From the IMG/VR virus record IMGVR_UViG_3300032318_001284, positions 1 to 62,494 of that record: DNA of 62,494 nucleotides; one strand, written 5' to 3'. Both the position numbers and the translations under genes were made by a program. The notes below the pieces were generated by a model that was not told the origin of the DNA, searched no databases, and worked only from the letters and a program-made list of their open reading frames with translations. The stretch comes from a virus (taxonomy: Duplodnaviria; Caudoviricetes). Within the stretch, counting starts at the first letter, position 1, and every line of letters starts with the position of its first letter. Below, one piece after another: positions 1 through 10,302 of this stretch.

Positions 1-19
1 CTCCATTTCCATAGACCCC
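1..19 (+). repeat. Terminal direct repeat/assembly overlap CTCCATTTCCATAGACCCC (copy 1)
   Basis: Identical to 62476-62494. Confidence 0.97.
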
Positions 20-631
20 ACTGCCACGAACATCGACCTCGTTGTTCGGGCGTTGTCCACGGTTGGCGTGACCCTAAGCGACGGCACGACTGCAAACATT
101 TTGGGCTGGACTGATCAAGCGACGAGCAAGCCTTACAACTGGCTGGTTCCTGCCGGCGCGATCATGCCGTTTGCCAATACGCTGGCCAGCCCGACAGGCT
201 GGCTTCTGTGCGACGGCAGTGTTTACAGCCGCACGACGTTTAGCAACTTGTTCGGTGTGATTGGCACTTCCTACGGCGCCGGCGACGGCAGCACGACGTT
301 CGCGGTGCCAGACCTGCGCGGCTATTTTGTCCGTGGCCAAGGCACCAATTCGGACGGCACTCAGTCTGCGGCCCTTGGTGCCAAGCAGGGGATGGCCACC
401 GCCCTGCCGACTACGGCGTTCACCACCGACAATCCGGGCGACCACACCCACAACACGCTCGCCGCCGACAGCGCCGCAGGGACCGGCCCGTATCACGGCG
501 AAATGACCTCTGCTACCCCACAAAATATCGCAACTACCGCAGCGGGTGCGCACACCCACACCATCACTGGCGGCGGGGATAGCGAAACTAGGCCCAAAAA
601 CATCGCTTTGCCGTACTACATCAAAACGTAG
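20..631 (+). CDS. C-terminal part of a tail-collar-domain protein that starts at 61967 (379 aa across the junction)
   Basis: PAGAIMPFA...PTGWLLCDGS...F.VPDLRGYFVRG and ETRPKNIAL..IK tail-collar motifs; frame continuous with 61967-62494. Confidence 0.9.
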   Translation, partial: TATNIDLVVRALSTVGVTLSDGTTANILGWTDQATSKPYNWLVPAGAIMPFANTLASPTGWLLCDGSVYSRTTFSNLFGVIGTSYGAGDGSTTFAVPDLRGYFVRGQGTNSDGTQSAALGAKQGMATALPTTAFTTDNPGDHTHNTLAADSAAGTGPYHGEMTSATPQNIATTAAGAHTHTITGGGDSETRPKNIALPYYIKT

Positions 632-649
632 GAAACAAGCACGATACCC

Positions 650-656
650 CCATAAA
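650..656 (+). promoter_or_regulatory. CCATAAA candidate late-promoter -10 element
   Basis: Immediately upstream of ATG 658; same heptamer upstream of other late modules (15878, 27730, 42113, 44208); GAAAC ends 14 nt upstream of the CATAAA. Confidence 0.4.
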
Positions 657-657
657 C

Positions 658-1341
658 ATGGCAACCATGTTCCCAAAAGCACCGTCCGACAATTTCGGCA
701 GCAACATCCGCACCGAAAGCCCCTTCAAGCAGGGGATGATTCGGCAGGCTTCGGCCGTTCCTATGTCATACGGCGGGGCGAACGCAAGCCGGTCTGCGTT
801 TGCCCGCGCCCTGTCGGACGATGCTGCTAGCCAAAGCAGAAACCAGTTCGACCTCGATACGGCTGAATACCAGAGCAAAGCCGTCAAGGCTCGCGCTCAG
901 GATGTTCAGGGCCGGCGGGAAGACATGGTCAAGGGGCAGGGGCTCGACACGCAACTGCGGGTGGGCAACGAAACCATCGCCACCCAAGGGCGTGTGCAAA
1001 ACGCAAAGCTCGACCAAGCCTACAGGCAGTCGAAGGCAAACATCGCGTCCTACACACAGCGGGCGAAGCAGGACTTCTTGGTCAACTCGGTCACCGGCCT
1101 TGCAGAAGCAGCCTATGGGCCGGTTATGACCATCGCAGAAGGCCCAAGCTCGCAAGAAATGTACATGGCCTTGAAAGCCAAGAACGGCGCTAACCCATAC
1201 GAAGGCATCACATCGGGCGACATACTTGCCGCAGGGTCGCCAAGCTATCGCGCCGGCGGGTTCAGGGGAGCCGCTGCCATGCCATACTATGACATGCCTG
1301 CTCTTGGCGAACGCCCCGGCCTTCTTCGCGGCCTGCGCTAA
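658..1341 (+). CDS. Putative internal virion/ejection protein
   Basis: 227 aa, Ala/Gln/Gly-rich and probably helical; follows tail genes. Confidence 0.6.
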   Translation: MATMFPKAPSDNFGSNIRTESPFKQGMIRQASAVPMSYGGANASRSAFARALSDDAASQSRNQFDLDTAEYQSKAVKARAQDVQGRREDMVKGQGLDTQLRVGNETIATQGRVQNAKLDQAYRQSKANIASYTQRAKQDFLVNSVTGLAEAAYGPVMTIAEGPSSQEMYMALKAKNGANPYEGITSGDILAAGSPSYRAGGFRGAAAMPYYDMPALGERPGLLRGLR

Positions 1342-1350
1342 TCCTCGCGG

Positions 1351-1875
1351 GTGAAAAACATGTTTTCTAACGATTCATTTCCGCAAACGTACTCGGGGCC
1401 AATCTTCGCCTCGGGCGACCTCGTTCGCCGCCTTCGCAGCAGCGGAATGGCCCAAGCGAATTTTGCCGGTAACGAGCGAGCGTTTCGCCCGCAGCAAATG
1501 GGCATCGGAGCGGGCAGTGGCGTTTCTGCATACAGGGGAGGAATAGCCTCCGATGCGGAGCGGTCTAAGGGCTACTCGGAGGGCATGAAGCCGCTCGGTG
1601 ATTACGAGCGCATGAAGGCCCAGAGCGAGTTTGACTACCAGACTGGCTCGGCCGCAGAGCAAGCCGGCATTCGCGGGCTCCTGTTGCAGCAGCGCGGCTT
1701 TAACCAAGACGCGGACCTGTCGCTACGGACGCTGCGGCAGAACGAGCAGCTTTCCAACAAGCAGATGCGTCAGGACGCCGACGTTGCACAACGCCAGCGA
1801 AAAGCCGAAAACGACGCCAATTGGTGGAACAACGCAGCCAAGATTCTCGGAACCGGGGCAAGGTTCCTTTCATAG
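1351..1875 (+). CDS. Putative internal virion/ejection protein
   Basis: Gln/Ala-rich coiled-coil-like protein with amphipathic C-terminus; similar composition to the upstream gene. Confidence 0.6.
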   Translation: MKNMFSNDSFPQTYSGPIFASGDLVRRLRSSGMAQANFAGNERAFRPQQMGIGAGSGVSAYRGGIASDAERSKGYSEGMKPLGDYERMKAQSEFDYQTGSAAEQAGIRGLLLQQRGFNQDADLSLRTLRQNEQLSNKQMRQDADVAQRQRKAENDANWWNNAAKILGTGARFLS

Positions 1876-1885
1876 GAGTTTTCTA

Positions 1886-2215
1886 ATGCCATCGAAAAAG
1901 GAACAGCCGTCCAGCCCTTCACGAGTTGTGGAGTACAAGGACTTCACCAAGGCGGCGCTGGCTCGCATGCTGGCCGAAGCTGACGCCGGCGCTCGGTTCG
2001 CAGCCATGCCTCTCCACAAGCGCCGCCTCGCCACCGAAGACGATGACGAGGATGACGAGATGACGCAGGAGGCGGACGAAGATCGCGTTGCCCGCGCCGA
2101 TTTGGTCGAAACCACCCGCCCGGGGAATGCTCCCGAAGTGGACGAGGAAGACCTGCCCCGGAACGTGGTCAAGCGCTACGCGGAGAAGCCTAAGAAAGGC
2201 CGGGGCCGGGCGTAA
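1886..2215 (+). CDS. Hypothetical protein (acidic middle, basic tail)
   Basis: AGGAG RBS then ATG 1886; TAATG coupling to the next gene. Confidence 0.7.
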   Translation: MPSKKEQPSSPSRVVEYKDFTKAALARMLAEADAGARFAAMPLHKRRLATEDDDEDDEMTQEADEDRVARADLVETTRPGNAPEVDEEDLPRNVVKRYAEKPKKGRGRA

Positions 2216-5136
2216 TGGCGACTGGTCGCGGCGGGCCACGCAGGACGCGGTTTGATGTCACGGCAAAGCCACTGGCTGGTGGCGGTGCCGGCGGCGGCGA
2301 AATCTACATCGACCCGCGTTATAGTTCCACGCTCCCTTTTAGGGATGAAGTGAGAAGGGCTCGTGGCGCAGACACGGCAATCCACGTCGCCGGCGACCTG
2401 CACGAAACCCTAAGCGCGCTGGATGTATCTTCCAGCGGCAAGAACAAAAGCCGGGCGGCAGTCCAGCAGTTCGTTGGAAACCTGCAAAGGGCGGTTCTGG
2501 AACACAGCCGGGCGCCCCAAGAAAATCTGCTTGACCCGTATAAGCAGGCTTTTACGCAGCTAGCCACCACTGACCCGGAGAAGGCGGCTGCACTTCTGGG
2601 CTCGTCCGGCCTGCCGCTGAGCGCGGTGCAGGAATTAGGGTCTACGGGTTTCAAGACGTTGCTGGCTAGTGACCCCAGACGTGTGGTTCAGGCCATGGAA
2701 GCAACGGGCCTGCGGCCTGAAATGGTCCGTGCCCTGCTTGCTAGCCCAGACAAGGCCGTGGGACAGCCCGCCCCGCAGCCAGCCCAAACGGCCCCAAAGC
2801 TGCCTGTTGGTGCTGGCCCGGGGTACACGACGATCCCGTCAGTTGACGTTGACCCTGTTATTCCAGCACAGCCCGCTAGATCGCCCATTCCAATCCAGAG
2901 GGGCGACGAGGCCAAGGTTCTCGCGGAGCCGGGGCCCGACTGGAATCCCAGCCAGATTAAGCGGGGGTGGAGGGCAACCACAGTCGCTCCGTATGGAGTA
3001 CCTGCCGTTGCCGCCCCGCGTGCCAGCAGCGTCAACACAGAAGGCGTTAACTACGCCAACACCTACATCGAGCGGCAGAAAGCTCGCCTTGAAGGCGGCA
3101 TCCGTACTGCCGGCGGGACAAACACCAAGCAGGGGCAGAAGCTCAAGGCGATACTTGAAAACTCCGACGCTTTAACCGCTGCCGCTCGCCAGTCAGCAGA
3201 AGCAGACTTCGACGCTGCCTTGGCACAAAGGCGTCAGGCTGTCGAGACTGCCAAAGACCCTGCCGCATTAGAGCAGGCAAAGCAGAAGCTGTATTTGACG
3301 GAGCGACAGCGTGAAGACCACTTGGCTTCCTTCGATGCCATGTCTCGCCCTGCGTCGGCCGGCGGCGGCACGCCAGCACAGGGGCCGGGGGGTGCGCCGC
3401 GCCGCATTTTTGAGGTCATCGCTGGCCGGTGGCAGACAGACCTGAAGCCCACTCCCGCCATGGGAGAGCGGCCCAATCCGACAGTTGGCCAAGAGAGGGC
3501 CACGGTTAGGCCAATTCCACAGGCCGCATCGCCGCTTGTGGGACTGCGTCGAGACGTTGCCACCGACTCGGTTCCCGCCCACACGCTTCTGTCGCGCCTC
3601 GGCCCAGAGGAACGACAAGCCCTAGAGCGTGCCCAAGATTTGGCCGCAGCCCTGAAGACAGGCCGGCAGATTTCCATGGGTCAGGAGATTGCTCCGGGGC
3701 AGGTGGAGGGGATGCAGCAAGTCCCGCTGGCCCAAGAGTCAGTCTGGTTCGACAACACTCCGCAAGCCCGCGACCTTAATCGGGCAATCGGTGACATTAC
3801 ACGGCGTTTCCCGGCTCTGGCTGGCCTCATAGACACCAGCCCGGCTCTGGCCCCTTCACCTCGCGGGCCTCTCGCCCCGCTGGACAGAGGCGATTTTCAG
3901 GTCAGCTTAAGCAGCCTCATGGGTGGCTGGGACAACGCCAAGCCGTTCTTCTTTGAAGACCGCCCGTCCAACGTGCCGCCAGCCATCAAGCCGCTAATTA
4001 AGCAGGCCGAGAACGTCGCGGCCCTAGAGCGAATCACTGGCCAGCCGTTCGTAGCCCAGCTTCCCGCAGAATCGTCCACGGTAGGCGCCCTGAACAAGGG
4101 GGTGACCCGCGATGATTTGCCTGAAGGCTACGACCAGATGACCCCTAGGCAGCAGAAAGCTGCGAGGAAGCGTCTGGAAGAACGAATCGAGGGCAGCGTC
4201 GGTGATCGGCCGAAGTATGGCGTAAACGCCGACCCCGGCGTGTCGCAGGCACTGCGGATCATTGACAAGGAAATCCCCCTTGGCAAAGGACGGAGGATCG
4301 ACCTCGATGAGATTGAGAAGAAATATCCGGCAGTGGTTGCTGAAGTCCGCGCGATCATGGCTGAATCGGACGCCAAGCACGGCGGTCCGGTCATTCTTAG
4401 CAACCAAACAAGGATCGACACCAGCCCGTCGCAACGCCGATCCGCAATCGCCTCTGCCCGTGGAAAGCTGCCTCGCCTTCAGGAGCAGCTAATCAGCATT
4501 ATCGAGGGCAAGTCCAAATTTATGCCCACGGTGCTTCGGCCCACGAAGGCCAAGCCAACGCAGGGGCTTGTGGACGAGAAGGCCAAGGCCACGGGTGCGC
4601 CGGCCAAGGAGCCCCCGTATGACCCGTGGAGCATGGTGCCGGCACGCTCTCGGGCGAAGCGCAAGCGAGAGGGCATGGAGATGGTGGCAAGGGCCATCGA
4701 GCAGGGCGGCATCTATCCGCTGGACGAAAATGCCTCGTATTGGCGTGGAAAGTTCGTGTTTTTGGACCCCGATGACGGCAACGTCTACTACGGTCGCCTG
4801 ACCCCCGGGGTGCTTGCACGCACTATATCCCAGCAGTTGCTTCAGGACTCTGGCAAGAGCTTGCAATCGTTAACGGATATGATTAGACGCTCCATACAGG
4901 TGTACGAGCGTTTACCCCCAACTAAGGCTGCGGCCCAATTCGTGGACGAAAAGGGTGCGCCTCGCGTCGTTGCACCGACCAAAACCTACATGCAGGCGAT
5001 AGAGAAATACTTTGAGGAGAAGGGCCTGCCTTTCTCTCCAATCATTCGCATGGACCCGCTGCAAGAGCCGCCGGCCCCGCCTCAAGGCAAGCGTAGATTT
5101 GTCCCTATTAGCCCGATTACCGGACTGACGAAATAA
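2215..5136 (+). CDS. Large putative internal virion/ejection protein
   Basis: 973 aa, Pro/Ala-rich; in the virion-gene run; ends PISPITGLTK. Confidence 0.65.
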   Translation: MATGRGGPRRTRFDVTAKPLAGGGAGGGEIYIDPRYSSTLPFRDEVRRARGADTAIHVAGDLHETLSALDVSSSGKNKSRAAVQQFVGNLQRAVLEHSRAPQENLLDPYKQAFTQLATTDPEKAAALLGSSGLPLSAVQELGSTGFKTLLASDPRRVVQAMEATGLRPEMVRALLASPDKAVGQPAPQPAQTAPKLPVGAGPGYTTIPSVDVDPVIPAQPARSPIPIQRGDEAKVLAEPGPDWNPSQIKRGWRATTVAPYGVPAVAAPRASSVNTEGVNYANTYIERQKARLEGGIRTAGGTNTKQGQKLKAILENSDALTAAARQSAEADFDAALAQRRQAVETAKDPAALEQAKQKLYLTERQREDHLASFDAMSRPASAGGGTPAQGPGGAPRRIFEVIAGRWQTDLKPTPAMGERPNPTVGQERATVRPIPQAASPLVGLRRDVATDSVPAHTLLSRLGPEERQALERAQDLAAALKTGRQISMGQEIAPGQVEGMQQVPLAQESVWFDNTPQARDLNRAIGDITRRFPALAGLIDTSPALAPSPRGPLAPLDRGDFQVSLSSLMGGWDNAKPFFFEDRPSNVPPAIKPLIKQAENVAALERITGQPFVAQLPAESSTVGALNKGVTRDDLPEGYDQMTPRQQKAARKRLEERIEGSVGDRPKYGVNADPGVSQALRIIDKEIPLGKGRRIDLDEIEKKYPAVVAEVRAIMAESDAKHGGPVILSNQTRIDTSPSQRRSAIASARGKLPRLQEQLISIIEGKSKFMPTVLRPTKAKPTQGLVDEKAKATGAPAKEPPYDPWSMVPARSRAKRKREGMEMVARAIEQGGIYPLDENASYWRGKFVFLDPDDGNVYYGRLTPGVLARTISQQLLQDSGKSLQSLTDMIRRSIQVYERLPPTKAAAQFVDEKGAPRVVAPTKTYMQAIEKYFEEKGLPFSPIIRMDPLQEPPAPPQGKRRFVPISPITGLTK

Positions 5137-5138
5137 CC

Positions 5139-7295
5139 ATGGCAGCAAAAACTGGACGCGGTGGGACAGTGCGGGGCCGCAAGGGCCGCAAGGGCGGCGA
5201 CGGCGGCGAGGCCAGCGACGGTAACCCGCCGGTAGCCGAAGCAGAAGCCGGAGGCGCACCCCGCCAGCCAGCCGCCGCCGCTGCGGCGGACGGTGGTTCT
5301 GTCGAATCGGCTATGTTCGATCAAATTGCGCAGGCGCATCAAGAGATCACGAAGCTGACCGGCGGAATCCCGCCGGACCTGACTGGGGCTGTGACCAAGC
5401 TGGTCGAGCAAGGGTTTGCGCCGGCCCAGATTACGGCCGAGATGAGCGCCCGTGGCGTGGACGTTTCGCAGTTTGTGCAAAACGTCACGCCCACGGCTAC
5501 CGCTGCCGAGCCGCCGACCAACATGGGCGCGGGCGACCTCGCACCCGTTGAGGGCGGCACAACCAATCTGCCTGAACCGACCACCCAAGGGGCGGTTAAT
5601 CCGGCCACGCCTAAAGCCGCAGCCGCGCCGGCAGCAACGCCGGCGAGCAAGGACACCCCATTCGACCGGGCGTACAAGGCGTTGGCCGAGGTTGGGTACA
5701 CGGAAGATCAGATTCTGGAGATGACGCCAGATGACATGATGCGCACTGCCGAGAGGGAAAACCCGGCGGCGTTCCCAGAACTTGTTGCCAAGACAGCCCC
5801 AGCCGCGACAGCCCCAGCCGCCCCTCCGCTCGCCGGGTTTCTGGACGATGTGGCGCTGATGAAGCAGAAGTACGGGTTCACTGACGAGCAAATCGACCAG
5901 ATGCCCGCAGACGAAATTGCGGACACTGCCGCCCAGATTCGCAAAGAGATAGCTGACGCTGCCGAAGCTGAAGCGGCCCCAGAGTCTACGGTGGCGGATT
6001 CTGCGGTAGTCGCCCCGGTTCAGCAGCAGCCAGCCGCACAGGGCCCGCTTGCCGACAATGAACAGGCCGCTTTGAGGGCCCAGTTTGGCGACGATTTCAA
6101 CGTCGATGCCATGGACCCGAACGACTTGCAGGCCACACTGCGAATCATGCGGCAGCGCGTTAAGCAGGGGATGGGGCCAACTGGAGTCCTGTCTGCCCTG
6201 CGGGAGCCGAGCCCAACAGAGGTTGCGTACCAACTTTTGTCACAGCGCCTGCCAGACAGCGTGCTGTCGCGGATGACGGACCAGCAGATGATGGAGATGG
6301 CCGGGACGCTTCCTCCCCTCCCGCCGGCCCCTGCGGCGAGCCCTGTAGGCAGGCTTGTGGAGCCAGCCCCGCAGCCGGCCCCGGCCCCTGCGCAAGTGGC
6401 ACAGCAGGCTCCAGCCAGCCCGGCACCCCCGCCGCCGGAGCCAGCCGCCACCACCAGCCCTGTTGCAGGATTGTCTGACGCAGCACAGGTTCTGTCCGAT
6501 GGGCCCGGACCGCTGGAAATGCCGGCTGAACCAGCCCCGCTAAACATGCCGGCTGACGCAAACCCCTACGCCGGCGACATCTACATGCAGCTAGCCCAAG
6601 CGGCCGGCATGGGCGGGCAGGTCCGCTCGCAGTTCTCGCCGGACGTTGTCGGCCGCGAGGCACCGCCGCCGCAGACCGTGAATCCGCAGTTTGCCGCCGG
6701 AACGGCTGGCCCGAACATGCAGGTCAACCTTGGTTCCTACGTGCCCAGCGGAGGGGCCCCCGGGGTGATGGATGTGGGTGCATACGTGCCCGGAGGGGTG
6801 GGCCCAGCAACGGTGCGCACGCAGTGGCGAGACGAAGGTGGGAACCTGAACACAGCCCCCCAGCAGGCCGCAGCCGGCGGTGCAACCGGGGGGCGGATCA
6901 TCCGAGCCTTGATGGGAACGCCCGCGCAGGGCGATACTCCTGCCCAGCTTGGGCTTCTGAACCCGGCGTGGGGACAGATGTTCAGCGGCCAAGACGGCGG
7001 CATGGTCGGCAAGGTTTCTCGGTTTGCCACGTCGCCGCGAACGCTTATGACGGCGGCAACCATCAAATACTTGATGAGCAACGGCGGTCTGGTCGGTCAG
7101 GGTAGCCCTGCCAAGGAGTTTGCTGGAGCAGTCATGTACGGCACGCAGGGCAACCAGCAGGACTCCCAGCAGGGCACGACAGACTATGCCAACAACTATG
7201 AGGCTGCACTTCGTAGACTGTCGCAGCCAATGAGCGGGCCTAAGCAAGACCTCGCCCCGCCAATGGTCCCTAACTACGACCGTCCGCAACGCTAG
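5139..7295 (+). CDS. Pro/Ala-rich putative internal virion protein
   Basis: 718 aa with repeated G[YF]T[ED][DE]QI..M[TP] mini-helical motif; largely low complexity. Confidence 0.65.
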   Translation: MAAKTGRGGTVRGRKGRKGGDGGEASDGNPPVAEAEAGGAPRQPAAAAAADGGSVESAMFDQIAQAHQEITKLTGGIPPDLTGAVTKLVEQGFAPAQITAEMSARGVDVSQFVQNVTPTATAAEPPTNMGAGDLAPVEGGTTNLPEPTTQGAVNPATPKAAAAPAATPASKDTPFDRAYKALAEVGYTEDQILEMTPDDMMRTAERENPAAFPELVAKTAPAATAPAAPPLAGFLDDVALMKQKYGFTDEQIDQMPADEIADTAAQIRKEIADAAEAEAAPESTVADSAVVAPVQQQPAAQGPLADNEQAALRAQFGDDFNVDAMDPNDLQATLRIMRQRVKQGMGPTGVLSALREPSPTEVAYQLLSQRLPDSVLSRMTDQQMMEMAGTLPPLPPAPAASPVGRLVEPAPQPAPAPAQVAQQAPASPAPPPPEPAATTSPVAGLSDAAQVLSDGPGPLEMPAEPAPLNMPADANPYAGDIYMQLAQAAGMGGQVRSQFSPDVVGREAPPPQTVNPQFAAGTAGPNMQVNLGSYVPSGGAPGVMDVGAYVPGGVGPATVRTQWRDEGGNLNTAPQQAAAGGATGGRIIRALMGTPAQGDTPAQLGLLNPAWGQMFSGQDGGMVGKVSRFATSPRTLMTAATIKYLMSNGGLVGQGSPAKEFAGAVMYGTQGNQQDSQQGTTDYANNYEAALRRLSQPMSGPKQDLAPPMVPNYDRPQR

Positions 7296-7303
7296 GAAAC
7301 ACG

Positions 7304-7648
7304 ATGCCAACCACGATTGTCCGGCTTGGAAGCCTGTGCGATCAGATCACTCTGACCAACTCTGTCAGTACCACTGGCGGGTTCTCGCTGTCCACCGACG
7401 CCGGGGCCTTGCTGATGGTTGATAGCAAGTCCTCTGGGACCAACATCACCATCACGTTCTATGCAAAAGCGGACGATAGGCTGGCGTCTTCGTACCTTCT
7501 CGTAGACTCGGCTGGGGCTGCGATTACCCAGATCGTGTCCGCTGACGGACAGTGTTTCCCGCTTCCAGACGGCCTGTTCGCATCACGCCACGTCCTGCCT
7601 GTCGTGAGCGCAGGAACCGCCCTCGTCCGCGTAGTCACCAAGGGCTAG
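7304..7648 (+). CDS. Small beta-rich virion protein (paralog of 7652)
   Basis: 114 aa; TITFYA...Y...S.G...P..LF pattern shared with the next ORF. Confidence 0.7.
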   Translation: MPTTIVRLGSLCDQITLTNSVSTTGGFSLSTDAGALLMVDSKSSGTNITITFYAKADDRLASSYLLVDSAGAAITQIVSADGQCFPLPDGLFASRHVLPVVSAGTALVRVVTKG

Positions 7649-7651
7649 ACC

Positions 7652-7984
7652 GTGCCAACAAGAATCGAACGCTCCGCTCCGGTTAGCCAGCAGGCTGTCG
7701 CGTTTGCCACGGCCGTAGCCAGCAGCGACACCATCTGCATGTCGAATGCAGCCGCGTTCGCGTTCATCATGCCGGCCACTGCGTCAGCTACCACGATTAC
7801 TTGGTATGCCTCGCACCGGGACGATGGCCCCTACTACCCCATTATTTTGTCTAGCGGAACAGCAGCATCCACGTCGGCAGTGGCTGGTCGGGTGTACATC
7901 GCCCCGCCGGAACTGTTTTCCTGCGCGTTCGTGCGGGGCGTGGCCGGCACAGCAGTAAGCGCCATTGTGATGATGAAGACCTAG
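7652..7984 (+). CDS. Small beta-rich virion protein (paralog of 7304)
   Basis: 110 aa; TITWYA...YY...SSG...PPELF. Confidence 0.7.
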   Translation: MPTRIERSAPVSQQAVAFATAVASSDTICMSNAAAFAFIMPATASATTITWYASHRDDGPYYPIILSSGTAASTSAVAGRVYIAPPELFSCAFVRGVAGTAVSAIVMMKT

Positions 7985-7986
7985 CG

Positions 7987-8130
7987 ATGACAATAGAGCA
8001 TGCACTCCTGTTGCCTCCGGGCTTTTTCGGAGGCGGCGGTGCGCCAGTAACCCCGGGCGGCTACTTGCTCTGGGCTGATAGCGGTCGGATAACGCTTGAA
8101 GACGGACTCGGGTTCATCACGTTGGAGTAA
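7987..8130 (+). CDS. Small tail-associated peptide (not in the ORF track)
   Basis: MTIEHALLLPPG...YLLWADSGRITLEDGLGFITLE*; LEDG..I.LE motif typical of genes preceding MADxKIS tail proteins; fills the gap between neighbours. Confidence 0.65.
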   Translation: MTIEHALLLPPGFFGGGGAPVTPGGYLLWADSGRITLEDGLGFITLE

Positions 8131-8133
8131 GCC

Positions 8134-8328
8134 ATGGCAGATCGCAAAATCAGCGACTTGACTGACAATCCCAGCCCCGGCGCCAACACTGGAATTGTGC
8201 CGATCATCGAGGAATCTGTGGTTAACGGCACGACCACTTATTCGCAATACCGGGCATACGTGAAGAACATCGTGCAAAGCGGGGTCAATGCTGCCGCTAC
8301 CACGCAGGTAGATGGCGGCTCCTACTAG
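8134..8328 (+). CDS. Short tail-fibre adaptor-like protein
   Basis: MADRKISDL N-terminus; ends DGGSY. Confidence 0.65.
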   Translation: MADRKISDLTDNPSPGANTGIVPIIEESVVNGTTTYSQYRAYVKNIVQSGVNAAATTQVDGGSY

Positions 8329-8368
8329 TCCATAACAATACAGAACAGCAACCACCAGCGAGAGAAAA

Positions 8369-9673
8369 ATGGCCACTATTCAATTCAAGCGTCGGCTTTC
8401 TGGCGGCGCCGCTGGAGCCCCCTCCAGCCTTGCCAACGGGGAGCCGGCATACTCGGAAGTTGACTCGATTCTCTATATCGGAACTTCCGGTGGAGTAGTG
8501 GCTGTTGGTGGTACTGGCATGGCCGTCACCCTGACGGGCACCCAAACCGTCAGCGGTGCTAAGACATTCTCGGGCGGCGTCACGTTCAGCACCACCTCCT
8601 GCACGTTCTCGGCCGCTGTGGCGCTCGGCGGCAGCGCGACCGCAACTACGCAGCCGCAAGCAACCAACACCACGGCGGTCGCAACGACCGCGTATGTGCG
8701 GTCCCAGCCCGGCATCGACGCCACGGGCACGGTCACCAGCGTCAACATCACCGTGCCCAGCATCTTCACGGCGGGCTCGGCGGTCACGACCTCCGGCAGC
8801 GTCTCCTTCACGGTCGCCAGCCAAACGCAGAACACCGTCTGGGCGGCGCCCAACGGCTCTGCCGGCGCGCCAGCATTCCGCGCGCTTGTGGCTGCGGATA
8901 TTCCGACGCTGACAGCCAGCAAGATCAGCGATTTCGCCACAGTTGCGCAGGGATATCGCCTCGACCAGTTTGCCGCGCCCACGGCCAGCGTGTCGATGAA
9001 CAGCCAGAAGATCACTGGCCTTGCTACTCCGACCGCTGCATCAGACGCCGCCACGAAGGACTATGTAGACCAGACTGCGCTTGGACTGGAGTTCAAGAAC
9101 AGTGTTCGTGCCGCGAGCCCCACCGGAACGAACGTGAACATCGCGTCCGCGCTCGTCAACGGCGGTACGCTCGACGGCGTCACTCTCGCTACCGGCGACC
9201 GAGTCTTGCTGAAGGATCAGACCACCTCCTCGCAGAACGGCATCTACGTGGTGGTGGCAAGCGGCGCTGCGTCTCGCGCGACGGACTTCAACTCGTCCAC
9301 AAACATCACCGCTGGATCATTCGTGTATGTCGATGCTGGAACGACCAACGTCGGCACCGCATGGGTGATGAACACAACCGGCGCGATTACGGTAGGCACG
9401 ACCAACCTCACCTTCGCGCAGTTCGCCGGCGGCGGCAGCACCGGCACCGGCAGCACGTCCATCGTCACCCTCGGCACGATTGCGACCGGTACGTGGCAGG
9501 CGGTCGCCATCGGCGCGGCCTACGGCGGAACGGGACTGACCTCTGCCCCCAACGGCCTCATCAAGGGTAACGGCTCCACAACCTATTCGGCCGCAGTCGC
9601 TGGCACTGACTACCTGACGCCGACGAATATCGGCAGTGCAGGTAGTGCGACGTTCGACGGCGGAACCTATTAA
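8369..9673 (+). CDS. Tail fibre protein
   Basis: MATIQFKR..GEPAY head motif, KITGLATPT..DAATKDYVD, GDRVLLKDQT..QNGIY; ends DGGTY. Confidence 0.85.
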   Translation: MATIQFKRRLSGGAAGAPSSLANGEPAYSEVDSILYIGTSGGVVAVGGTGMAVTLTGTQTVSGAKTFSGGVTFSTTSCTFSAAVALGGSATATTQPQATNTTAVATTAYVRSQPGIDATGTVTSVNITVPSIFTAGSAVTTSGSVSFTVASQTQNTVWAAPNGSAGAPAFRALVAADIPTLTASKISDFATVAQGYRLDQFAAPTASVSMNSQKITGLATPTAASDAATKDYVDQTALGLEFKNSVRAASPTGTNVNIASALVNGGTLDGVTLATGDRVLLKDQTTSSQNGIYVVVASGAASRATDFNSSTNITAGSFVYVDAGTTNVGTAWVMNTTGAITVGTTNLTFAQFAGGGSTGTGSTSIVTLGTIATGTWQAVAIGAAYGGTGLTSAPNGLIKGNGSTTYSAAVAGTDYLTPTNIGSAGSATFDGGTY

Positions 9674-9675
9674 AA

Positions 9676-10299
9676 ATGGCAACGCTAAAACTTCGCACAG
9701 GCAGCACCACGCCCACGGCGAATGTTTTCGTCGCTTCGGAACCGGGCTGGGATGGCACGAACAATGTGCTGTGGGTGAAGAACGCTGCCGGGGCCATGGC
9801 TCCGGTAGGCACTGTCACTTACTCCAGCATTTCGTCGTTCCCGGCGACAGGCATCAGCAACGCCATCTACATCGCCGCCGACACAGGCAAAGCCTACGCA
9901 TGGTTCTCGACTGCCTACGGAGAACTGGGAGCGTCTGGTGCCCTGCCAAGCCTCGCCATGGAGGTCGCTACCGTAACGGCCGGCGCGGTCACGCTGTCTC
10001 CGGGCGACATCTACTCGGGGACGATTCTGGTTACGTTGACGCAGGCCACGACAATTACGTTGCCGTCCGCTGCCACAAGCCGCCGTTTCAATCTGTACGT
10101 TGCGCAGGACGCGACCGGGTCGTGGACGCCGACGTTCACCAGCACCAGCACTATCGTGTGGCCCAACGGCGTTCAGCCCTCTTGGTGTATTGCCGCCAGC
10201 ACGTTCGCCATCCTCTCGTTCATCTCCAACGGCACGGCGTGGTACGCGCATGTGTCGATGGACCCGACTACGCGATGCGACATTGTCTCGTGGATGTGA
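9676..10299 (+). CDS. Tail fibre-associated protein
   Basis: MATLKLRTG..EP.WD start; QDATGS...WPNG..P C-terminal beta domain. Confidence 0.75.
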   Translation: MATLKLRTGSTTPTANVFVASEPGWDGTNNVLWVKNAAGAMAPVGTVTYSSISSFPATGISNAIYIAADTGKAYAWFSTAYGELGASGALPSLAMEVATVTAGAVTLSPGDIYSGTILVTLTQATTITLPSAATSRRFNLYVAQDATGSWTPTFTSTSTIVWPNGVQPSWCIAASTFAILSFISNGTAWYAHVSMDPTTRCDIVSWM

Positions 10300-10302
10300 C
10301 CA

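Noticed and set aside
1-19. Biological terminal repeat
   Set aside because: It falls inside a continuous CDS, so it is best explained as assembler overlap of a circular contig
5082-7310. Long minus-strand ORFs (383, 239 and 175 aa) in the virion region
   Set aside because: Antisense shadows of the Pro/Ala-rich plus-strand genes
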